Source of the DNA: Pseudomonadota bacterium
GTDB lineage: Bacteria > Bdellovibrionota > Bdellovibrionia > Bdellovibrionales > Bdellovibrionaceae
Assembly (NCBI GenBank): GCA_041178425.1
Contig: JBEGVH010000040.1
Span: 114,998-178,997, forward strand
Direction of reading: 5' to 3'
Length of the DNA stretch: 64,000 nt
Shown here: piece by piece, positions 30,006-40,164 of the stretch
How the letters are laid out: every line of letters begins with the position of its first letter
How positions within the stretch are numbered: position 1 is the first letter of the stretch
Notes under the pieces: model-generated
What the model was told of the DNA's origin: nothing
The model's input: only the letters and a program-made list of their open reading frames with translations
The model's database searches: none
Position numbers and translations under genes: made by a program

Positions 30006-30719
30006 TTACGAGGCTCGGTAGGCGCCGGCGCCATTTAATTTTGGTGCTTCTGGACCAAGGTCATCTGTGCCCGCGGAGTTAACCGAGAGGAGAGGCCCTG
30101 CGCCCGTCAAGGTTTCTTCTAGTTTTTGCACTTGCTCATAAAGTTCCTCTCCTAGCTGGTTTTGTCGAGACACTAAAAATGAGTACACGATCATCACCGG
30201 TATTGCGACAGCGAGACCAAGAGCGGTGGTGTACATCGAAACTGAAATACCATGGGCGAGCAAAGCCTGCTTTTGAGAGGGATCCGCTGTTGCCACCGCT
30301 TGGAAAGAAAGAATTAGACCATGAATGGTTCCGAGTAACCCAAGAAGTGTTGCGACGTTGGCTAACATCGACAGGTAGTGAATTCGCTTACTAAACTGTG
30401 GCATATTTTCTGAAAGCGCAATATCAGTGGCTTGGTGAATCGCTTCTTCTTCACGATCAGCCTTGAGGAGAATCGTTTTAAAGGCCTTGGCGAGAGGTTT
30501 TTTTGCGAGACCCTCGCAAAGAAGAAGAGCCTCTTCGTATCTCTGTTGTCCAACGAAGTGTTGGATCCGTTTATTGAACTGATCGGTGTTCAAATGAAAA
30601 TCAAAGAAAAGCGTCTTAATGCGCTCAGCAATGATGGCGATTGCAAAGAGGCCGGTGGCTATGATAGTCCAGCCAACGACTCCTGCATCGACGATGAAAT
30701 TAACGATTTGTTGTAACAT
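30006..30719 (-). CDS. MotA/TolQ/ExbB proton channel (AglR-like)
   Basis: ATLLGLLGTIHGLI and GIS..MYTTALGLAVAIP; three TM segments. Confidence 0.92.
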   Translation of the reverse strand: MLQQIVNFIVDAGVVGWTIIATGLFAIAIIAERIKTLFFDFHLNTDQFNKRIQHFVGQQRYEEALLLCEGLAKKPLAKAFKTILLKADREEEAIHQATDIALSENMPQFSKRIHYLSMLANVATLLGLLGTIHGLILSFQAVATADPSQKQALLAHGISVSMYTTALGLAVAIPVMIVYSFLVSRQNQLGEELYEQVQKLEETLTGAGPLLSVNSAGTDDLGPEAPKLNGAGAYRAS

Positions 30720-31299
30720 GGCTTACTCCTTTTGAGGTGTTAATGTTTTCATTAACATTGTTTCGTACCCAGTCTGCGAGCTGAATGTCAGCGCCTTCGT
30801 CTTTTTCCTCAAAACGTACAACATATTGAATGGCTGTATTAAATCGCATTCTTTCGTTTATAAATCGTTTTCCAGTGACCACTGCAAGGCAGCTAAAAGA
30901 GCTGTGGCTACCCTCTGATGTTTGAAAGTGCAGATGGATTTTATCACCTGGTTTAAGAGAGGGACTTGTGATCTCGATAAGGGCTCCACCCTGGCTTAAA
31001 GAGATCGAACGCCCTTGCCAGAGTAGTTCCTCATTATGAGCCACCAGGTTTACTTCTTTTCGAGTTCTCTCCCATTGGCGACGATTAAAAAGGGCACACG
31101 TCTCTTGCCTTTTTGTTTGTTCCGCCATCGCTAAGGGTGAAAATTCATCGGTGGTTACCAAAGTTTTCCACTGCCGCAATCCGTTCTTCCACACCAGATC
31201 ACCTTCAAAGCATTTGCCATTCTGTCGCAACTGGATAATTTCTCCAGTTGTGTAAGGACCATATTTTTTTTGATTTCGCGAAATGAACCATTCCTTCAT
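30700..31299 (-). CDS. GYF_2 + PilZ domain protein
   Basis: WF...KYGPY...LVWKNGLRQW (GYF_2); RRQWER and SLSQGGA (PilZ). Confidence 0.8.
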   Translation of the reverse strand: MKEWFISRNQKKYGPYTTGEIIQLRQNGKCFEGDLVWKNGLRQWKTLVTTDEFSPLAMAEQTKRQETCALFNRRQWERTRKEVNLVAHNEELLWQGRSISLSQGGALIEITSPSLKPGDKIHLHFQTSEGSHSSFSCLAVVTGKRFINERMRFNTAIQYVVRFEEKDEGADIQLADWVRNNVNENINTSKGVSHVTTNR

Positions 31300-31309
31300 T
31301 TTGTGCTCC

Positions 31310-32368
31310 TTAAATCTTTACGCCGATAGGATCAAAGTCGATCACGATATTGGCACCCGCTGCAGGAATATAATTTCCATGAAACAAAATACTGTTATCA
31401 CTAGGGCGGTAGGTCCAACCGTTAGCTTCATCGTTGGGAACGACCTTGCTGTCGACGCTCACTCTGATTGTTTCAACGATCGGTTTACGAGTGAGAGCGA
31501 AGACGGTTGAATAGGACGCGATCGAATCGGAAATCATTGATAGGGTGTCGCTGAAGGGGGCGCAGAGGCTTCCTATTTTTCCGCCGGTCTTGTTGGCGAG
31601 TTCCATGTACCGAACTCCAGGGTAACGCACAAATCCGTCTTGGTTCAGTTGGTTCTGGCAGGCGAGATCGGTGACTGTGATCGTAGACACTGAATAGTTG
31701 GCGGGTGTATCTGCGGTTGGGCGCTGAGTGTATTCATCGAGAAATTCAACATATTTTTGTACCGGTTCCAACTCAGGGTCATTGTAGTTGTTGTTGTTAA
31801 AGGTTCGACTGCTATGGCTAAAATCATCTTCGTCACTCACAACGATGATAGCAAGAAAGGCATCGGGCCTTCTAAAGCCAGCATTGGCTGGATCGAGGAG
31901 GGTGGCTTTGAAGGATTGAAAAGCTCGCTCATCGCCTGTTCCTCGTGTGCCTAGTTTCGCGTTAATGGTGAACGTATTAACTAGGTTCGGTGTGTTCTTG
32001 TCGAGAACGAAAGAACCCGAGTGTTCATTAGTGTCGACACCATCGCGAAGCCTCGAAAAGTCCAAGGTGTCGTCGAAAAGATTTTTCCAGGCATCGGTAG
32101 CACCCACGCCGATGTGAAAATCAAAATTGTTTTTTTGAAAACTTTGAATGAAAGATTGAAAGTTGTTGGCAAGATTTATTTGTGAGGTTTCCATAGAACC
32201 GGAGTTATCGATAATCCACAGAACGTCAATTTTGCGGGGCTCGTAAACAACGTTTTGTGCGTAGATGTTGGAGTCAGCAAGAATTGAAAAATAATGGGCT
32301 CTCTTAGGCTCACAACCAGCCAGTGCGATGGCGCCGATCACCAATGACTTGAGAATTGTTTTTTTCAT
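31310..32368 (-). CDS. vWA-domain lipoprotein (CglB-like adhesin)
   Basis: GGAGG RBS; lipobox LAGC; MIDAS IDNSGSM; FRRPDAFLAIIVVSDEDD. Confidence 0.8.
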   Translation of the reverse strand: MKKTILKSLVIGAIALAGCEPKRAHYFSILADSNIYAQNVVYEPRKIDVLWIIDNSGSMETSQINLANNFQSFIQSFQKNNFDFHIGVGATDAWKNLFDDTLDFSRLRDGVDTNEHSGSFVLDKNTPNLVNTFTINAKLGTRGTGDERAFQSFKATLLDPANAGFRRPDAFLAIIVVSDEDDFSHSSRTFNNNNYNDPELEPVQKYVEFLDEYTQRPTADTPANYSVSTITVTDLACQNQLNQDGFVRYPGVRYMELANKTGGKIGSLCAPFSDTLSMISDSIASYSTVFALTRKPIVETIRVSVDSKVVPNDEANGWTYRPSDNSILFHGNYIPAAGANIVIDFDPIGVKI

Positions 32369-32702
32369 CCGAACACCTCCTTCTAACAAAATTCATTTTT
32401 ATTAGTCCAGCACCTGCTCAGTGTAGGATGGGTTGCTTGGAGTTCTCAAATTGGTGATTAAGTCTATGGATCAACTCAGAAAAAAGTCTAGGTGTCTCAA
32501 GTTGACTACATGTAAGTTATCGAAAACAGGGAATAATCAAATTTTGTTTAAAAAATAAAAAAAAATGTTTGAAAACAAATTTTACAAAAAACACAAATTG
32601 TGAAACGAGTCAGTCTATACGCCGTCAGGAATTTAAAAAAAGTGTTGAAGCCTTGGCCGCTTTTCTTAAAATTTATTTTTTGTTCGTAAAAGCAAGGTTT
32701 GT

Positions 32703-33176
32703 TTAAAAGAAAAACCGAGCGCCGATCCCAGTATCGATCGAGACTGTCGTGCTTGGGATAAGTTCTAGTTGGGTTCCTAGTTCACCGTAAAGTTCAATGG
32801 ATTGTCGTTGCCAGTGATGACTGAGCCCCACGGGTATGCGAACACCGAGAGAAGTTTCGGATTTATTTGTTTTGGCCCTGGTTTGGCTCTCGATACTGGC
32901 GCCAAGGCCATAGTAAAAATCAACAGGCGATAATTTTATTTTTAGGTCCGACGGCTGGTGAACTAAGTAACTACCGTAGATAGCGACTTCTTTGTTGTCA
33001 TCGAGATCCCAAGAGAGGATCCCGTCGATTGCGTTGATTCCGTTAAGCCAGTACTTGAGAGAGATTCCGCTAGGACTGCCGATTCGAACTCCAACTCCGA
33101 AAGGTTTTGCAAAGGCTTTAAGGAGATGGGGCTGGAAAAGAAAAAGCAGGAGGAATGCAGTAATCGATTTTTTCAT
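32703..33176 (-). CDS. Small outer-membrane beta-barrel (DUF3996-like)
   Basis: FGVGVRIGSPSGISLKYW, FYYGLGA, LGVRIPVG, GIGARFFF. Confidence 0.75.
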   Translation of the reverse strand: MKKSITAFLLLFLFQPHLLKAFAKPFGVGVRIGSPSGISLKYWLNGINAIDGILSWDLDDNKEVAIYGSYLVHQPSDLKIKLSPVDFYYGLGASIESQTRAKTNKSETSLGVRIPVGLSHHWQRQSIELYGELGTQLELIPSTTVSIDTGIGARFFF

Positions 33177-33402
33177 TTTGAGATACTTCCGCGGTTATTG
33201 CAAAGAAATCGTTTTGTCGGAGTTTGGCGAAGTTCTCAAAACGATGCAAATAAAAAATAATTTATCTGATTGTGTTGGGTTGAATTTAAATTTCGCTCTA
33301 ATTTTTGAGGGGTTAAAGAGGATGTCTCAGACACGAACAGTTGCAGGTGGTTCTCTTAGTTAGGTTTTGAGGTAAGATATTTGAAACGGAGGAAGTGGGC
33401 TG

Positions 33403-35316
33403 ATGTGCGTCTTTAGAACCCCATCGATCAGTAGTATTGTGATGCCCAAGGCCCTTGGAGCCCTCCTAGTGATGTTCATTTCTAATCTTGGTGTTGCTCA
33501 GGAATTTGTTCCCGGAGAGCTCATCATAAAAACTAAATCAAAAATGCTCCCTCGAACCAGTCCCGCTTTTTTTGGTAAGCTTTCGGCCAAGGGAATGAGT
33601 CTAAAGGGGTCCTTCGGCCGCTCCCAGGTGCACCATTTAAAACTTCAGGCGTCGCAAGATTTAAAAAAGACAATTGAAGAACTCAGTCGCGACCCCGATA
33701 TAGAGTACGTTGAACCCAATTACATTATTAGAAAGTCGGGTAAACCACCGGGGATTGAAAAGGTTTTTTCAGCCCCTGAAGAAATGGTTTCTGCTCTAGC
33801 CACTGTGGGTGGAACTGGCTATCAGCAATCTTTTGCACCGGTCGCTGTTAATGAGGCGTGGCTTGAAATCACACCCGTCACAGCGACAAAGCCAGTGGTG
33901 GCAATCTTAGATACAGGAATCGACGATACCCACTATGTTTTTACCCAATCGGGAGGGCTTTGGACGAATTCTGATGAAATTGCCGGTAACGGGGTTGACG
34001 ACGACAACAATGGTTATATCGATGATATCAACGGTTGGAATTTTTATGCGGGAAGAAGTCGGCCTTGGGACGACGATGGCCATGGAACTCACGTCTCGGG
34101 GATTGTTCTTGGTTTGTCTTTGGATATTTTTAAAAACCCTTTGCTTGAGGCTAAGATTCAGGTGATGGCGCTTAAATTTTTAGGGGCTGATGGAAGTGGT
34201 GACACGGCCAGTGCCGTTCGTGCTGTCGATTATGCCGTGGCTAATGGAGCGAAAGTGATTAATGCTTCTTGGGGTGGAAGTAGCTATAGTAGAGCACTTC
34301 ATGAGGCTATGTCGAGAGCCTATTCCAGCGGAATCTTGATTGTGACTGCCGCGGGGAACTCGGGCAGCAATAATGATCAAATGCCCATCTACCCGGCGAG
34401 TTTTGAAATTCCGGGTTTGATTGCTGTTGCGGCCTCCAACAGCCAGGATAGCCTCACGTCTTTCTCTAACTTTGGCGCCAATTCCGTTCATGTGGCCGCC
34501 CCCGGATTATCGATTGGTAGTACGTATCCACGAAATACTTTTGGATACGCCAGTGGAACCTCAATGGCGTCTCCGTTTGTGGCGGGGATGGCGGCGATGA
34601 TGCTCCGAGAGTCGAATCAGTTGTCGGGGTTTCAGTTAAAAGATTTAATTCTTCAATCCATCGATACTTCGATTAAGTTTTCAGGTAAACTCTATGCTCC
34701 CGGACGCGTAAACGTGCTCAAGGGTATTCGCTCTGCAAAAAATTTAGCGAATGCCTCCACTGTTGTTCCCTCGTATAGTGCCACGGTACCGGACCGGGTC
34801 CTTGCATCGGAAAACGGCGGTTCGTCGGGCGGGGGCTCCGCCGGAGGGGGCTGTGGAACCATCAGTGTCATCAAGGCCTTTGGTGATAAGGGATCATCTA
34901 CACCGAGTGGAGGGGCGGCCGCTCCTGTGATTGTTCTGTTGTTTTTGCCGGTTATCGTCTGGTTGTTGATAAGGAGTGGAGTTCGTGAAGCTAAAGCAGT
35001 TGTTTCTGGAGAAGACTTACGCCTTACAGAGCGAGTTGATGTTTCGGAGACAATTACGATAAAAACCAAAAATGGAAACTTCGAAGTGCAGTTGAAGAAT
35101 ATCTCTGGTGGTGGTTTAGGTTTTCATTTTCAGGATCTTGAGTTGGATAAGGATGAGTGCGTGACCTTTATTTTGAGAAGCAAAAATGGCGGCGAGAGCG
35201 TTGAAGTCTCAGGCCGTATAGCCTGGACGGATGCAAAATCTCATGCCGGAGTGCAATTTAATGCACTCAACGATTACATTCACAGTTTTTTGTTAAGATC
35301 GTATGCGCGCATTTAA
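33403..35316 (+). CDS. S8 subtilisin-like protease with C-terminal TM helix and PilZ domain
   Basis: ILDTG, HGTHVSG, AAGN, GTSMASP; prodomain VEPNY; GGGCG then TM; RLTER and NISGGG. Confidence 0.9.
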   Translation: MCVFRTPSISSIVMPKALGALLVMFISNLGVAQEFVPGELIIKTKSKMLPRTSPAFFGKLSAKGMSLKGSFGRSQVHHLKLQASQDLKKTIEELSRDPDIEYVEPNYIIRKSGKPPGIEKVFSAPEEMVSALATVGGTGYQQSFAPVAVNEAWLEITPVTATKPVVAILDTGIDDTHYVFTQSGGLWTNSDEIAGNGVDDDNNGYIDDINGWNFYAGRSRPWDDDGHGTHVSGIVLGLSLDIFKNPLLEAKIQVMALKFLGADGSGDTASAVRAVDYAVANGAKVINASWGGSSYSRALHEAMSRAYSSGILIVTAAGNSGSNNDQMPIYPASFEIPGLIAVAASNSQDSLTSFSNFGANSVHVAAPGLSIGSTYPRNTFGYASGTSMASPFVAGMAAMMLRESNQLSGFQLKDLILQSIDTSIKFSGKLYAPGRVNVLKGIRSAKNLANASTVVPSYSATVPDRVLASENGGSSGGGSAGGGCGTISVIKAFGDKGSSTPSGGAAAPVIVLLFLPVIVWLLIRSGVREAKAVVSGEDLRLTERVDVSETITIKTKNGNFEVQLKNISGGGLGFHFQDLELDKDECVTFILRSKNGGESVEVSGRIAWTDAKSHAGVQFNALNDYIHSFLLRSYARI

Positions 35317-36122
35317 TGAAGTACCGTGCTAAATTTAATAACGATCGGATAATGGTCTGAAGTCTTTATTGATTCTAAAATAGTTTTTGTCTGTATTTTT
35401 AATCCTCTAAAAAAAACATGATCGAGCGGCATAAAGCGTTGGTCATTTTCGAATTCAACATGTTGGATATTCAGGCGAGTCATTTTTCGTAGTAAATAAT
35501 TCAATCGGCTCGAGTTCCAAGTGTTGAAGTCGCCAGCAAATAGGATTGGCCCCTTGTGCTCTTCGAGTTTTTGAAGGACTTGGTCGATGTGGCGGTAAAA
35601 AGAGGAATTGGTCACAAAGTTAATAGCATGAATATTAATAGCTAACAGATTTTCGGGTTGGTTCTCGAGATCAAATTCTGAAAAGAGAGCCATTTTGGGT
35701 GAGTTCGCTATGGGCTCTCGAACAGGACTTCTTAGCCATGTTGTTTTTAACGGAGTGGTGGAAGCGCCCGTGACCACACCTGTGGCGCGTCCTTGATAAA
35801 GAAAACTGGTTGCAAACGACCACAGAAAATCTGGCAGCTGCCCCGTGACTTCTTCGTAGTGCGGGACTTCGTGACCTTCTTGTAGGAGAATAAGGTCACT
35901 CTGGCTGGAGAGCCTATGAAAATCGTTCTGCCACGCTCGTCCATCCTGGGCCTTATGAATATTCCAAACGAGTATTTGAATTTCAGATGGGAGTGCCTTT
36001 CGTTTTGCATGGCCTTTTTGGATGAGGACCTTTTGATCCACGGGAATTTGGTTCTGAGCTTTACTGGCCGACGCTAATACAAGGAGAGAGCTACTTAAAA
36101 GAAATTTGGTCATCTTGGTCAC
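35313..36122 (-). CDS. Endonuclease/exonuclease/phosphatase family (YafD-like), with signal peptide
   Basis: WNIHK, LLQEG, NIHAINF, GDFNTW, LDHVF, SDH. Confidence 0.88.
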   Translation of the reverse strand: MTKMTKFLLSSSLLVLASASKAQNQIPVDQKVLIQKGHAKRKALPSEIQILVWNIHKAQDGRAWQNDFHRLSSQSDLILLQEGHEVPHYEEVTGQLPDFLWSFATSFLYQGRATGVVTGASTTPLKTTWLRSPVREPIANSPKMALFSEFDLENQPENLLAINIHAINFVTNSSFYRHIDQVLQKLEEHKGPILFAGDFNTWNSSRLNYLLRKMTRLNIQHVEFENDQRFMPLDHVFFRGLKIQTKTILESIKTSDHYPIVIKFSTVLH

Positions 36123-36221
36123 GAATCAGCCTCCCTTATTGAGAATACGGCGTATCTACTCGCAAAGGAAGGTCCTGATCAAGGAATAATTCGAGGAACC
36201 TAACATGAACCAATTCAAGAT

Positions 36222-37559
36222 TTAAAGGTCTTCACAGTCCTTAGGATCGAAGACATAAGGCTTATTGAGGTCACGAAGGCTCAAATCTAATTTAAGAGCT
36301 CCTGAACGACAGTTCTTTTGGAGAATGCGTTTTGCTGCAAGCGCATTATTTATGAGCCCCTTGTCGGTATCAAATAAATCCTGTTTGGTTAGGAGAAGCT
36401 CTTTTTGCAGAAACTGTGCGGTTTCTGGCTGGCGAATCTCATTCGCCCAGACCATCAAAGTTTTATAGGTTTTAGGCGTCATGTGGCGAATTTTTTCTAA
36501 AACACCAAAGGCTTTAAATCTATTTTCTTTTGCGATACCACAATCATTATCCTTTAAAATCATTTGTTTAATAGGATTTGATCCTGAAAAAGGCTCACGC
36601 TCAACCCTTACGTTGTTGTTTTCGATGCTATAGTAATACTCAAGGTAATGGATATTGCCAATGCGATCCTGCTGATTCAAGAGGTAATCAAAAAGAACCA
36701 TATTTGAGATATCTTGCATTTGTACAATATTTTGAATTTTCTCGTGGAGAGACAATCCTTCGTTCAATTGATCAATCGATTGAGAGGAGGCCACCTTCAA
36801 AAAGGGCGGCTGTTGCTGAAATCGAAGCTCCCGAGTGTCGTAATCCCCGCGGCCATTCACTTCGCTATAATATTGCTCCCCATTAGTGTTAAATAGAATC
36901 GCACCATAAATATACTTTTGGTCTTCGGTGAAGAGACGTGGGTATTTGGCAGGACTCTGGTGTGCTTTTGCATATTGCTTCCAAGTTTGGTGAATGAGTT
37001 CTTGATTGAGAGGGCCAAAATACGAAAGAGCTTCTTCGGTCCATCGATAGTGGGCCTCTTTATCGACGGTTCTAAGCACCGACACAGGAATATTAAGTAT
37101 ACCGCCAAATCGTCGCGACAAATGATAGTACATAAGTATGGAGGGAGTGTAGGAGCAAGAGATGCTCTGTTTGTATTTAGCAATGAGAGTAAGGCGCTCG
37201 TCTTTTTTTTGGCAATTCACCGAAAATGAAGGAAATTGTAAATTGGATTTGTCGACCAAGAGATTGATACCAGGGTTGGTGCTACTGATTTTTGGGCAAA
37301 CGGCCACGCGCTTGGTATTCGAAGTGAGGCCATAAAGATCAAAGCGGCATAATTGCTGTTCCGACTGTAGATCGGCCTCTGAAAATTGACTATTGGGAAG
37401 CTTATGGGCCCGAACGCAGATTTCTTTTTTCTGATGGGGAGAGGAGAATGAAACAATTTCTTCGCCGAGGCTGTCCTCACTATTGTAGGCGAGAGCTTTG
37501 GTTGCCGCGGTATTAATAGAAAACACAGAGACTAGCGCAAGTAGCAAGTTCATATTCAC
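36222..37559 (-). CDS. Secreted atypical kinase-like protein (Fam20/four-jointed/PI3K-like catalytic motifs)
   Basis: Signal peptide; LFDYLLNQQDRIGN and ILKDNDCG; multiple Cys. Confidence 0.55.
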   Translation of the reverse strand: MNMNLLLALVSVFSINTAATKALAYNSEDSLGEEIVSFSSPHQKKEICVRAHKLPNSQFSEADLQSEQQLCRFDLYGLTSNTKRVAVCPKISSTNPGINLLVDKSNLQFPSFSVNCQKKDERLTLIAKYKQSISCSYTPSILMYYHLSRRFGGILNIPVSVLRTVDKEAHYRWTEEALSYFGPLNQELIHQTWKQYAKAHQSPAKYPRLFTEDQKYIYGAILFNTNGEQYYSEVNGRGDYDTRELRFQQQPPFLKVASSQSIDQLNEGLSLHEKIQNIVQMQDISNMVLFDYLLNQQDRIGNIHYLEYYYSIENNNVRVEREPFSGSNPIKQMILKDNDCGIAKENRFKAFGVLEKIRHMTPKTYKTLMVWANEIRQPETAQFLQKELLLTKQDLFDTDKGLINNALAAKRILQKNCRSGALKLDLSLRDLNKPYVFDPKDCEDL

Positions 37560-37680
37560 CTCGTTGCTGAAATCAACAGAGATTGTTTTGAAGCCTCTTG
37601 GTTTAGTTGGGGAGATTTATTTATAAATAAGAAGTTTTTACCTGTTTTTGCAAAAATTGTTACCCGTTTAAACGGATGAT

Positions 37681-37724
37681 AAAACCCAATGTAAAAACCC
37701 AAGGAAAAGCCCATTGGGTTTTTT
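37681..37724 (-). terminator. Intrinsic terminator downstream of purA
   Basis: AAAACCCAA occurs twice on the plus strand and can pair with TTGGGTTTTT; U-tracts on the minus strand. Confidence 0.7.
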
Positions 37725-37732
37725 AAATTTCG

Positions 37733-39040
<1,308 letters not shown>

Positions 39041-39189
39041 TTAAAAGACGGATCCTGTTGAAAATACATTACAAACTCTCTTATGAGCCTCCGCTTTTCA
39101 AGATTCATTGCTCTGTGCGACTAAAAAAATAGTTGTCAGAGACACGGACAAGGCAAAAGGTGCGTCTAAAAAAGCACACTTCCATCTTA

Positions 39190-40164
39190 TTAGAGACTGT
39201 TCCCAGGTCTATACCAAGCTACTTTTGGTGGCAGTTCATCCCCCAAATCTTGGTTTTCAAGAAAACGTGGCAGCTTGAGGTAGGCTTCTTGGCTGGCCTT
39301 TTCAAAAGCTTCTCGGGTGGAGGCTCCCACGTGTGGAGTGGTGACTACATTTTGAAATTGGAGCAATTTAGAGTCTCGGGCAAGGGGTTCGTACTCAAAG
39401 ACATCGAGCCCGACGGCTCCGATTTTATTTGCCTGAAGCAATTGAACAAGAGCCTTTTCGTGAACCACCGGACCGCGACAGGTGTTCAGGAGAATGGCAT
39501 GGGGAGAAAGTGAGGCCAAAAACATTTCACCGAGCATATGCCATGTTTCTTTCGTTAATGGAACGTGGAGGCTCACGACATCAGCCTGGGTGAGCAGCTC
39601 TTCGAGGCTGACTCGTTCAATATTTTGATTGAAGCTCTCGTCTTCTTGATAGGGGTCGAACGCCATGATCTTCATTCCAAAAGCTTGAGCAATGCGCGCC
39701 ACGTGGCTGCCAACTCGCCCTAGCCCGACCACTCCAAAGGTTTTTCCCTGAAGCTCGATGCCAAGAATTTTATTGCGATCCCAGTCACCCCGCTGAACGG
39801 CCTTTTGGGCCTCAATAAGGCGTCGGGTGCAAGCGAGAAGAAGGGCCCAGGTGAGTTCAGCGGTGCTGGCCGTGTGGCTTGAAGGGCAGTGACTCAAAAG
39901 GATATTTCGCTGGCAGCACAATTCAATGTCAATGTGGTTAAAGCCGGCAGTGGCGGTGATGATGACTTTTAACCTTGGAAAAAGTTCGAGAAACTTTTGA
40001 TCCACTTTAGTTTGAGACCGAATGATAAGGGCCTCAATGTCTTGCCATGTTTCTTTTGGTTTTTGAAACCATTGCATGTCATGGACAATGTGAAAACGAG
40101 AATCGGTTTGCATCTGCACCAAAGAGGTCAGGGCAAAGCGCTCCGTGATTAAGACTTTAACCAT
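39190..40164 (-). CDS. D-2-hydroxyacid dehydrogenase, SerA-like (no ACT domain)
   Basis: GLGRVG, LHVPL, NTCRG, DVFEYEP, TPHVGAST. Confidence 0.85.
   Translation of the reverse strand: MVKVLITERFALTSLVQMQTDSRFHIVHDMQWFQKPKETWQDIEALIIRSQTKVDQKFLELFPRLKVIITATAGFNHIDIELCCQRNILLSHCPSSHTASTAELTWALLLACTRRLIEAQKAVQRGDWDRNKILGIELQGKTFGVVGLGRVGSHVARIAQAFGMKIMAFDPYQEDESFNQNIERVSLEELLTQADVVSLHVPLTKETWHMLGEMFLASLSPHAILLNTCRGPVVHEKALVQLLQANKIGAVGLDVFEYEPLARDSKLLQFQNVVTTPHVGASTREAFEKASQEAYLKLPRFLENQDLGDELPPKVAWYRPGNSL

Noticed and set aside
32390..32702. Possible c-di-GMP riboswitch or sRNA in the long leader of the gliding operon
   Set aside because: I could not find the GEMM consensus (GGCAAA...GAAA...GACGCAAA) or a convincing structure; an Infernal/Rfam scan would be needed.
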